Below, piece by piece: positions 36,925 through 49,500 of a stretch of 64,000 bases of DNA; positions within the stretch are counted from its first letter, which is position 1; each line of letters starts with the position of its first letter. Origin of the DNA: Chrysomallon squamiferum (lineage: Eukaryota; Animalia; Mollusca). The stretch lies in contig CM022665.1 of NCBI GenBank assembly GCA_012295275.1, positions 33,914,001-33,978,000 of the forward strand. Reading direction: 5' to 3'. Both the position numbers and the translations under genes were made by a program. Below the pieces are notes generated by a model. The model had not been told where the DNA came from, searched no databases, and was given only the letters and a program-made list of their open reading frames with translations.

Positions 36925-39900
36925 GTAAAGAAGTAGTTCACAAAAATAGCCCATCATAACAGACATATGCCAGTTTAAGTATTTTAGTATTTACTCTATT
37001 AAGTTATTAGATGTTGTTGTTGTTTTTTAATAAATAATATTTGTTAAATGTAAAATGTCTTTAAACATATTAATACAACAGAATTAATTTCTAAAATTAA
37101 GATATAAAAATAATTCAGTTGCTAAACTATTTATAAGTTACTTAATTAATAAATATTATAACATTCAGTTTATTATTAAGACATTTTCTCATTATTAAAT
37201 TTTTATTTTTTATTTTTTTCACTGTGGAATATGTTAATGTTGCTCCAAAATAAAGACTGTTTGCATCATTTACCAAGAGTCAGTTCTGTGTGACAAATTA
37301 ATCATTTAAAATTATTTGTTATATTATTTAGTTTATAATTTATTATAAATAATGATAAATATATTTTCAGGTTAAATAAATATATAATGTTTTTTTTTTT
37401 AAAGATTATCTTCTATAATAATTTTAAAATAATTTTTCAGATGTTCATTACGACAGTTGGATATTCTGGCTACTACTCTGGAACCCTTACGTCATAGTGG
37501 TGTCTTTAATGTCAGAAGATCATCAAGAGCATTGAGGGAAAACATTGTTCCTAAACAAACTTTACTGTACACTCCTGTACCCAGACAATTAAAGTCCAGA
37601 ACTCTGAATAAACAGAGGACATATATTAAATATGGAAATGCATATTTACGATCTAGTCAAGAGCAAAGAAATTTAGATAAAACAAGAAAGTCAGATTCAG
37701 AAAACCCCCAAAAGAACCTGAATTTAGTATCTAGCGATTTTGACAAAGCTATTTTAGGTGAAGATTCATCTGAGAATAACAACAAGTCACTTTTTCATCT
37801 TAGTGAATCTAACAACAAACCTGGATTACTTACACATGAGAAATCCCTGCATTTTGAAAAATCTTTGGACAAATTAACATCTGAGAAAGGAAGAGATTCA
37901 TCAGATGAAGCAGTCCAAAATAATCAAGAAAAGATGCCAGCCACAGTTGATGAATATTCACATAGTCTGGCTTTGAATATTATTAAAGCTGCCATTCAAA
38001 CTGTTGTTGTCACTAATGTGTATGATAAATCCCAAGCTCTGAGAGAAAATTCTGACATTTTAAAAACAAATGAAAAACCAGTGAAATCAGAATCAGGCAA
38101 TACAACAGAACTCGAAAGTACTTCCTCAAGCATTCAGATGATGGTCACATCTCCACAGAACAAAAACAAAAACAATCAGAGCAGTGTTCCTGCATCAGCA
38201 ATATATGTCTCTTTCCTGGGTGGCACAGTGGAGCTGAAAAATGGATCATCAAAGAATTTGAACAGTGGACACAACAGTGCTTCCAGTGAGTTCCGACACA
38301 GTGCCTTCTCATTGTCTGCTGTCAGCACTGCTGGGTTCTTCTCTCCCTTCAAAATACTGAGATTTGGTGAGATTTTATACATGCTGTTTCTGTTTAGCTA
38401 TTGTAAGTAGCTCATTACACATTTGTTAATTCTGAATCTCTAGTTTTTCATATCCATCAAAGGTTAGTTTAATTTTATTGATTATAAATTGTGAGTTAGT
38501 ATTTGTAAATGTCACAATCTATTTTTTAATTTTTAACCAATGTATTATGTTTGGATTATAAAAATAGAAAATTATACTTATACTTTGTGTCACAGGATAT
38601 TGTTTTGTTGCATGCACTTCCATGTCTTGTGTTTTTGTCAGTGTACTGTCACAAGTAATGCTTTATATTATGTTACAACTTACAGGTGTTTTGGATTTAT
38701 ATTACACTGTAAATTCAGAGTAACCATTTGTAATAATGTTCAACTTTAAAAAACCACAAATAAACCTATAGGTACTCCAGTGCATCTTAAAAGTGTGAAT
38801 CACCCAAAAGGATTGTCTTCTTTGCCCATTACTCTGACTAAAATATACCAGCATCAAAAATGGTGGCGAGGTGCATCTGTGGGTGGATCTTATCAACATG
38901 CCTTCAAGAAAGCAGATAAAAAAGAACTGTCTTCCAATTTTCAGGATCAGTTAGAACACATCTGGAAGGTGAGTTTATAAATATCAATAAGTTATCTGTA
39001 CCATATAAAAATAAAATGTTAAGATAGAGATAATTTAAATATTTGGTATTAAATTATGTTAAATTATATATTATAGTATGAATGTAAATGTGAATTACAG
39101 AAAGGACTAAATACAGCTTAATGACTAGATAGTATATAATAATTATATTCAAATGTATTTTAGTTAGGTTATTTTAAAACTATTTCTAATCAGAGGTCAC
39201 TTATAGATTTAGTATATGGAATAACAATTTTATTGGAAATTCTCTTGCACTTTTTTTTTACAGATTTTGTTTTATAGTGTATTTTTTTCAGGAACAGCTA
39301 AGGTTATAGCAATCTAGCTTATTATTTCTTTTTTTCAGTGGTTGTCACAGTGGGAAGATTTTGAAAGAATTGCTCTTCTTAAAGACATAGTAAAAATATC
39401 AAGTCCTAACATTCTTGAATCTCTAGTTTCTCACATCCATCAAAGGTTAGTTTAATTTTATTCATTATAATTGTTTTATTTGAAGGATGAATTATTTTTA
39501 AAGATGACTATTAATTAATAATTTCAGGTTCACAAATATACAACAGAGAACAGGCTGTTTGTTGCAAATAACACACAAAATTGTATAAAACTATTTCTGT
39601 GTTATTTTGGTTAACAAATTAAGGTATCTAGAAAAACATTGTGACCTTGCCCGTCAAATCAAAGATTAAATCATAATACCAACTTTTGAAATAGCCCTAT
39701 CATACTGTCATAATATTTCTGATTTAGTATTATGAGCCAGAAAAATATTGGTTTAACTTAGATGCAATAATGTAAGTACATCTGATTAGATTTGGTTTAT
39801 TCTGACCTACAATGTCACAAATAGTGACATTTCCCATGACAGGCAATTCTTGATTTATTTTCTTGTTTGTGTTTTAGACTAAGAGAAGAATTTGACATTA

Positions 39901-42900
39901 ACAGACTTCCAGACAAGCTACTACTTTTTATCTTGTCATTTCTACCTCCACATCAAATCAATGTGGCATCACAGGTAAAGTGTTAAAATTATAAACATTG
40001 TAAAACTTTCTGTTTGATACTAATTTTCAGAAATTTGTCATTTAATTTATTTCCATCCCAGAACAGTGGAAATTTTTATTAAAATGAATAAGAGACTTTA
40101 ATCAGTAGCAAGTGATAAATATCCCTAGTGTTTTTTTCTTGTTTTGTTTTTTTGTTTAAAAAAAAAAAAAAAGGAATAAATTTAAAAAATATTAATATTA
40201 ATATTAATGAATGTGCAATATACTTCATTAAACCTTTATTATATAAACATTATTACTATTAATAATAATAATAAATTATGACATAGATAGATATTATATA
40301 ATATTATTTATTTATTTATTTATTTACTATCATCATCATCATTACAGAATAAACTTAACATTTTTGGTAAATAAATTAATATATTTTCATAAAAAATGTT
40401 TTTAGCTACACTCACTTATATTTTCCACTTGTTAAATGATGAGGAATCCAATGTAAAAGCATTATGATATGATCACTGTCATTCTGTTGTTGAAGTCTAA
40501 GGAATTCAATTTTCTATTTTTATTCTCAGGTATGTCGAAGATGGCGATTTCTCACTGCTTCAGATGAACTCTGGATGCTAAAGTGTTTGGAAATGGGTAA
40601 GCTTTCACTAAACATAAATCATGTTAAATGTATTGAGTAGAATAAAGAATACAAATGAAACAACCCCATTGACATGCGTTTTAATCCATGAGTAATTGTA
40701 TTGTTAATCCACATGATATTGGCTAAATGTATTTTGATTTGTGACTTCAGTCAATAAGTTAATGAAGTGTGCATGATTAATTAATGTTAATTATAAAATC
40801 TTGGCTTGTTATATTGATCAGCAGAATTGAGCTGACTTCTTCAGTAATTAAAATCTTGATCTCTTTTCAATAATCACTTTTATAGATTAACCATTATTAC
40901 TGTTATCTTCTAATTTCAGAAATTTGATTGTGTGTATTTAAATGAATAAAATTTAAATGAATGTCAGCATTCTTACAATTTTTTTTGGTTGAAAATTAAT
41001 ATTCTCATTAATACAAAAAGTTAAATATCTTATTTTTTTTTTTTTTTTTTTACATGCATGTATTATTATTAACTTTATACATGTAATGAATTTTGTAAAA
41101 ACGTAAATAAACATATATTTATTCAATAATAACTCATCACACTTTAATGTTAAACTTTTTGGTGGGGGGGGATGTGTGTATGTTATACATGTTCCTTTTG
41201 TTTAAACAGAAAAATTGTTATTGCCACATAATGTTATTGATTAGCCATAAACTGTTTTTGTATGCGTTTCTCTGTTATGGTCTCTTGATATGCCTGTCAC
41301 TGGGCAGTATTTGGAATGGAATATAATCTAAAGTGAATAGTGAAATGAATGATCCTGTCCTTCTAGCAGGCTGTACAATATGATTAAAAGAAATTAACAA
41401 GAAAAATGAATTCTTGAATTCTTGAATTCCTAAAAGGAAATTTTCTAAATAAAATTCTACTTTGATTGCTTTTCAACCATTTCCAAAGTGAAAGTCTGAA
41501 TTATGTTTTAAAGTGTTGCTTGTTATAATTAAATTTATAAAACTAAGAAAAACATAGATTTGCTGGTTATTTTCAAACTATCTTCATGTTTTTGGTCATC
41601 ATTAGGAAGGATGTTGTTCTAGTATTCCAAAAAGTTGAAATAAAAACAAAGAAGACACCACTGTTATGTCATTAAATCTCTGTAGCAAACAGCTTAAACA
41701 TTACAATAGCAATAGCATTGTCTTTTTCAAACCAGCTTCATTCTTATTAATGTTAGGTAGTTTCTAAAAATCAAACTGTTCAGTTTACTGTAAAAAAAAC
41801 AGTATTTTTGAGCACATTGTGTTATAATGAAAATGCACAAAACTAAATAGAAAAGTAAACCTATCAAAAATTATTTTATCTTTTTTGGTTTTGATTATTT
41901 AGGTGAGATGGAAGGCATTGAAAATATTCCTCAGCTTGTTTTAAATGCTGGCAAGTCTGACAGACTGGTGGACTGGAAACAAGCTTTCTATGAATTGCGT
42001 TACCTGATTACCTCCATGAAAAAGAGATTATCCAGACCAACAGATGTTGATATTGGTAAAACAAAAATGTATTGTTTACTTTATCACGCCTACAATATAA
42101 TCTTTGCTGAACATATGTCATATACAAATGAATAATATTAGCACATTTATTTGTGATTGGTAAAATATTATTATTATAATTATAAATTTTGTTTTTTTGT
42201 TTTGTTATATCTTTTTTATCTTTTATATAATCTGTTAAATAATATATTTTATTTCCTATTTTATAAATTATGTATAAATGATACATAAAATGTACTTTAA
42301 AATCAAATATATATTTTTATATCTTTAATGTAATGAAGTTAAAGAATTAATATTAATGTTTTTAGATGTGTATTCCAATGTTGAAAATACTCCAGCACCT
42401 GCAGATATGACAGGTAAGTATTATTAATGCATTTTGTAAAAATGCCTCTTAAAAATCATCAAACAAACAATATACGCATACTGTTATTTCATAATGCAAA
42501 TCAACATTTGTAGATATCTCTAAATTCACAGAATTAATCAAATTATGAATACACTGGAACCAGTTTGAAACATATATTTTTAATTCTTAAGGCAAATTAC
42601 AACAGCAAGGCACACAGGCATCTCTACCATTGGTCAAGGCAAAGAGTAAGAAGCTGAAATCAGCTTTAGATAATGTTGACATGGACAGTGTCAATGATGT
42701 TTCAATGGATGAGGATCTGTTACCTATACTAGATGAATATACTTTGAATCAAGGGATGAATGAAGTAGAATCTCCAGGTAACACAAAAATTAAACGTGAT
42801 GTGTATTAACAGTTCAAATACATCTAGGGTATTTATTTTGTTTAATGTCTTGACTACCTTTTAGCAGTCATGATTTTGACTTCTCCTGTATTTATAGATT

Positions 42901-43484
42901 CTGGTTTTTTTTTAAAAACAATAACAATGCATTGAGTTGTCACAGAATCTCTTGTGTATTTATATCGGATTTTTAGTGGTCTAGTACGAGGCATGGTTAT
43001 TGTATTACAATAGTTAAGACTTTTTCCATTAGATTATAAAATGAACAGGTTAATAACAAAATATAAATATTAAAAGGAAATCAAAACAGATTTGCAAATT
43101 TACTGAAGATTTATTCTCAAAAATAAAACCAATTTACTGCTTTAAATAACACTGATTTATTATCTTACATTTATGATTGTAATTAACTTTCATCCATACT
43201 CAACAGGACAAAAAACATTAGCACTGCAATATTTTTTTATGTTTCAGACAGATATTATTATTGTCAAAGACGGAAAATATCTCAGAAGAAAACTAAATCT
43301 GATGGAACTCAGGAGAGCTTCATTTCAGAGGAACCAGAAACTGAGTCGTAAATATTTTTTAATTTAGTTTTATTTTTTATTTTTTGTGACAAGCATATGT
43401 GGGTTAAATATATTTGAAATGTGTAACCATCCAGCTCATTGGTTGAGGAGTTTGTTCTGAAAAATGTATGTTTTATAATTGGTT

Positions 43485-43533
<49 letters not shown>

Positions 43534-46500
43534 TTGTGGTTGTGTTTGTGTAAGAAAGATAAATCATTTTAATTATCATGAAATACAGATTTTTGTCTTT
43601 TGTCTCCTGACTGAAGAAGAACAAGTTATTTATTTTGGGGTTTTTATATTTTTGTTAACAGTCCTCTAAAGGAATTAATTCGAAGTAAAAGACAACTGCA
43701 AGGAGGAGATGATGATGAAACAGAAGACAGAGCTCAGGACATCAGACCTAAATTGGAACCATCCAATGACCTCTTGGTAAAAAGACCTCTTTAGTCAGTC
43801 TTCACTTATCCTGTACCACTTTAGCTGCCAAAATACATTAATTTATAACATCTCTGGTGTATTATTTGACTTTTCACTGAATCTGATGCCTGGATATTGT
43901 CTGCTTTTAATATAGTTAATTTTGTTTTTCATGAAATGGTGATACTCACTTTTCTAGTGAAACTATTAAATGTCAATCATTCAAAAGAAATTGTAATATA
44001 TTCTAAACAAACTGTTTTATTATGTAACATGTTGATGCTATGTAAAAAAAAAAAAATTTCAGGGTTTGTAATGATATAAGCTGCATTAAAAATTATTATA
44101 GTTCTTTTTTCCGTCTTTGATGTATGATCATATTATGTTTTGTTTCTCTGATAATCCCAAGATCATTTGCTTGACAACATATAAATTTTAGTTTATTTAT
44201 TTTTTCATTCATTCATTTTCAGGGGAAGAAAGTTCCATCAACAGTACTGGAATGGCAGACAACTGAGAGTGACACTAAGGTTTCTGTGAGAGCTTCAACA
44301 TTTGCAGGAATAGTAAAAAGTGTCAGAAAAGTCAGAAAATTACAAGTAAAACCTAATTTTAACCTAATTTTAATTTCAAGATATATTTTGTTTACTGCAG
44401 GATGAGTCAAAAGTAGCAACTGATTTCCAGGGGTTTTTGGCTGTCAGCCTCTTTCAGGGAAGACATGTTAATAATTGTTTTGCAGATTATTATTTTTTAT
44501 AATGTATTTATTTTTGATTTTGTTTTGCAGGATATTGCTGCAAGTTTTGGAAAGTTACTGAACCATGAAATCAGGTGCTACCTCTCACTCACTCACTTAC
44601 TTACTGTATTGTTTAAACTTATTCTTTTCAAAAGGGTTTATCTACCTATATTTTACATTATAATAATTTTTCTGTTGTGAAGGTTGTAGAAGTATTGTAT
44701 TTAATAAACATCCATCTTGATTTTTATCTGTATCAATAATTATCAAATTTTCTTTTCATCCAGGGTCACATGAGTGGAATAGTATGTCTGAATTTTGACA
44801 AGAAACGACTGATAACTGGTGGCATGGACAGAACAGTTCGAGTTTGGGATATCAGAAGTGGAAGAAGCATACACAAGTTCTGTGGTCATAAAGTAAATAA
44901 AACAAAAACATTTGATTTTCTAAATAACTAATATAATATTTCTCATACAAAACAAGCTATTCCATTTTGAGACATTTTAGCAAATAATGACAGGCATCTC
45001 TTTATTTTTTTCCCTTTTTCAGAATTGTTTTTTGAATGTTATATGTAGAAAATAAAAAATAAAGTTCAAACACTTTTTAAAATTTATTTTGTGGAAAATT
45101 AAATATAAAATTCAAAACATTTTATTTCAAATATTATTTTAATGTGTGTAAAGTTTGTAAGTTTAAATATTTTAGGGAGGAATAAGGTGTCTGCAGTTTG
45201 ATGATGAAATTTTGGCTACTGGATCTTGGGATATGTTAATTGTGGTGAGTTTGTTTTGTATATAAAAATCCTTGTATATAGGAAACTACTATAATGTATT
45301 TTCATAATATCAGGGAATTAATTTTAAAATAATTAAAGAGCTAAATCTAAAAAATTCGAATTTGTCGTAAAATATTAATAATGTAAAAAAAATAATCACT
45401 AATTCTAAGCTTTATGAGCAGTAAGAACAATCTGTAAATAAGTTTTAAAATATTTTTTAATAACTGAAATATCTTTGATAATGCAAGAATTACAGAAAAA
45501 TAATAAGAATGATAATATTAATTTATTATTGTTAATGTTTAGAAAATTAAACTATTTATAATATAAAATACAAAAAAAAATGTCCCTTTCAGTTATGGGA
45601 TATGAAACTATTCACCAAAATTGTGTCTCTTGTTGGCCACACTGACTGTGTTTCATGCTTAGAGATAAATAAATATTATGTGTAAGTATGACTAACTTAA
45701 ATTTGACCTTTTTCCCAAATAATCTTTTATTATTATTATTTTTTTTTTAATGGTGAAAAAGGTAAAACACTATTGTCATTATAATATGTTTGTATTTTTA
45801 AAATCTTTTATAATTATAAAACATTATAGCTCACATTTATCCTATATATAGCTGTAACCATAAATAAATTAAATCAACTTGTCCAAATTCTAAATAACAA
45901 TATATGGTAAATGTTACCAGAAGAGAAAATTTGTTATAATATGTTGATTTTGTAAAAATTGCACTTATTTTAACACAACAAAAAGTAAAGATAAATAATA
46001 ATAACAATAATAATAAATAAAAGAAATAAAGAAATAAAAAGTCTACAGATAATAAAAAGTCACAAAAGCTTGAGCCTACAGGCCATTACTTTAGTGCTCT
46101 TGAGACAAACGGTGGTTCTAGTTTATTAATTCTTATTGTTATTTATTTATTTATTTATTTATTTAAAATTATTTTAATGCAGTCTTTGAGAACAATAATA
46201 ATGATAATAATTTTTTCAGAGTATCGGGCTCTCATGACTGTACAGTTCGGGTGTGGTCAAGGAAGACATTTTACTGCTGCAAGGTGATAAAGGCTCACAC
46301 TGGTGTTATTAACTCACTTGTATTGGATGGTGGCTGTGTACTGACTTCTTCATCTGACATGTAAGTTAATATTTCTGCCTTTGTGAGATCACCACAGTTA
46401 ATGCTTGTTAAAAAAATCTAGAAACATTATTTAATACTGTATTAATAGAGGTAACAAAAACTGTTCCATGAATCTTACAATAATTTTAATTTAATTAATC

Positions 46501-49500
46501 ATATTTAAGACCTCATAAATATGAATAATTGAACTTGTCATGTTGTGTAATAATTTTGATTAATTATAGATTATTATGGAAATTAATTTGATTTAATCAT
46601 AGACTATTAATATATATATATATGGCAGCAGAGCAAAGTTTATTTTTATGGAAATTAATTTGGATTAATCACAGTCTATCTTGAAAAAAATAAAAAAATA
46701 AAAATATGGCAGCAAAATGAAGTTTATTTTTCTAGGAATTAATTTGGATTAACAGTTGCTACATGAGAAGAATCAGAGAGTGTCTGTTTCATATAGGCTG
46801 TCATTATGAATGTACCTCATGTGTCATATCACTTTTGTACCATCAGACTCAGCACTCCCCAGCTCTTGGCACACATATTATGTTTAGTCCTGCTTCATTT
46901 AACACTAGTCAAACACTTTGGCAGGCAGAAGACATCTTCTAATGTTTCCTGGAAATTCCACAGTCATTGGGAAGCTTTTAGAAGTGTTTTCTTTTATGTT
47001 ATTTTTCATGTCTTTCTTCTTTTTCTTTTTCTGAAAATATTTTTTTTTGGGGGGGTTGGTTTTTCTTCATGAGAAAACTGCATATGATGTCATACTTTTG
47101 AAATTATCTAAAAGAATTCTATGACTTTCTTTTAAAAGTTGGAGAGTTTTGAAGAAGAAGAATGAAAGAGAGAGTGAAAAAAAAAAAAAAAAAGGAAACA
47201 TGTTCTGAGTGGATTGTATGCTTTATTGGTTTAGTTGGTTCTCCTTAAAAACAGGTGTACCTGTGTGCACATAGCTTAGAAGAGGCCAGCTATTTTCATC
47301 ACATATTATAAGTCAATGTACATGTCTCTTGTTTTGTCAGAATACAAAATTAACTCCAAAAATTATACCAGTTGTGATAACATCATACTTCAAAACCCAT
47401 CCTTGCCAGCATAACTTTCCACACATCTATGTTCCACTTCAGATTTCTTTTACCATGAGAAAAAAGTACTAAGCAAAATCTGGTTTATACAACAAAGTCA
47501 TTTTTATTTATGTGCTTTTTGTTTCTTTGTTATGGTTGGGCTGGACACTATATATTCAAGTCTTGAAGCTGTTTAAAATTATATTGAAATCAAACATTAT
47601 TAAAATAAATAAAACATTTTTCATTATAAATTTTTAAAATAAACATTTATTCAGTTGTCTTTGTTCTGAAAAGATAAAAATAAAAACAGAGTAGAATTAT
47701 ATTTTTCAGATAGCAGATGTGAATGTGAAAAGTTATTAGGTCTATAACCTAATAAATCTTGAAAACATATAAGTTACAATCTTTGAGTTGGATCTGAAGA
47801 AAGATTTACTGATAACTGTTAAGTGATGTCGAATGCCAGGAAGAGGGAGATAACTCTAGTGGAGGTCCATAGATAAATTATTTTAGTATTGTAATTTATG
47901 TCTGTACATATTACATATAAAGAAAGAAAGAAGGAATATTTTTTTTTATTATAATGATAAAAAAATAAGAAAAATAAGATAAATAAATAAATAAAGAATT
48001 TAGAAAGTTAAAAATGTGATTATACACTGGTTATTCCCCTTATACTGCAATGTTGATGATTTAAAATTTTTATTATATATATATATATATAGTTTTTTTT
48101 AATATAATTTGTATTACATGATGATTTGAATATAAACATTTATTAATGTATAATAACTAGTAATGAATAGCCCTGAGGTTCTTAAACTATTTCAGTTCAC
48201 CACTGAATATTTATCACAAAATTTCATTTACTCCTAACTCAATTTCCTTGTGCATTGCAGTTTTCATCCACTTCAAAATAATATCATTCACCTTTGGGTC
48301 AGCTATTAGCCAGTTAAAGAAGCATTGGATTAGCTTAATTAGCAGACTAAGAAGATAGTTTTGTGTGGGGGGATATATTTAAATCTTGAAGACTTTTGAA
48401 ATGGTATGGATAATAAACATATTAAAAATAAATATTTTAAAGATTCTTAAAGATCTGTATTACAGAAGTCTATAATGTAATAACTCTAAGAGTTAGTCAA
48501 ACATTTCATCACACCACTACATGTTACACACTAAATGATGCCAGTTTACACAGTTCATGGTGTCTGTGATGTGTCTTCTCTGCACATGTAAGAGTAAGTA
48601 GGTATTAAAGCTGATGGCAGTTCTTATTTAATCACAGATAGAAATTAGGTCATGGACTTCATCTGACAGTGTGACCTTTTTGTAACACAGAACCTACAAG
48701 ATGTGTATATGTAATAAAGCATAAAATAAATATTTGATGATAATAATACTGGTGTTATTGTCATAATATGGTTATTATTATGTTTATTATTTTTACCTCT
48801 CCTGAGTATACTGTTTTTATTGTTAATTTCATAGTTATTGCTCTACTTTGTTAGTACATCTTCTCTATTCATTTTATTTTATTATTTTATTTTGTTTCAT
48901 TTTATTTATGGTAAAGATAAAAGATCCTGATTTTTGTACATTTCTGACAATGTTAAAATGTCTTTGTAGATAGTGAAATGAAATAAATACAGGAAGTTTA
49001 ATAAAACAAATCTTGTAAAAACATATACATTATAATCATTAAATTGGATATGAAGAAAGATTTACTGATAACTGTTAAGTGATATCCCCTGCTAGGAGAA
49101 GGGAGATAACTCTGGTTGGAGGTCTATAGATGAATTATTTTACCAGTCTAATTCATGTTCATAGTACTAATTGTAGATTTTGAATAAACACATGTTTAAT
49201 GGGTATCTCATCTGCCTGACAGTAGTTTGCATCTCAGGTGCAGAATTTTTCACTGAGGTGTGTTTGGTTGCAAGATCAGTTTTCCTCAATGGAATCGTAA
49301 TGCTACTTTCAAAGGATTCTTTGCTTCTAAATGTCAGGTATTGCCCATGGAATAATGGCAGCATGTTTTTTTTGGGGGGGTTTGTTTTGTTTTTTGGATT
49401 TCTTTTAAACACAGTCATTTTGTATTTATAAATACTTCATAAAGATAAATTAGTGTTTAAAAGAGCTTTAATGACTGCTGTAGTGGACACAACTTTAGTA

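Noticed and set aside
44531-44574. Possible cassette exon (TTTTGCAG|GATATT...ATCAG|GTGCTA) in the F-box gene
   Set aside because: 44 nt would shift the frame just before WD1; weak donor; flanking exons join in frame without it
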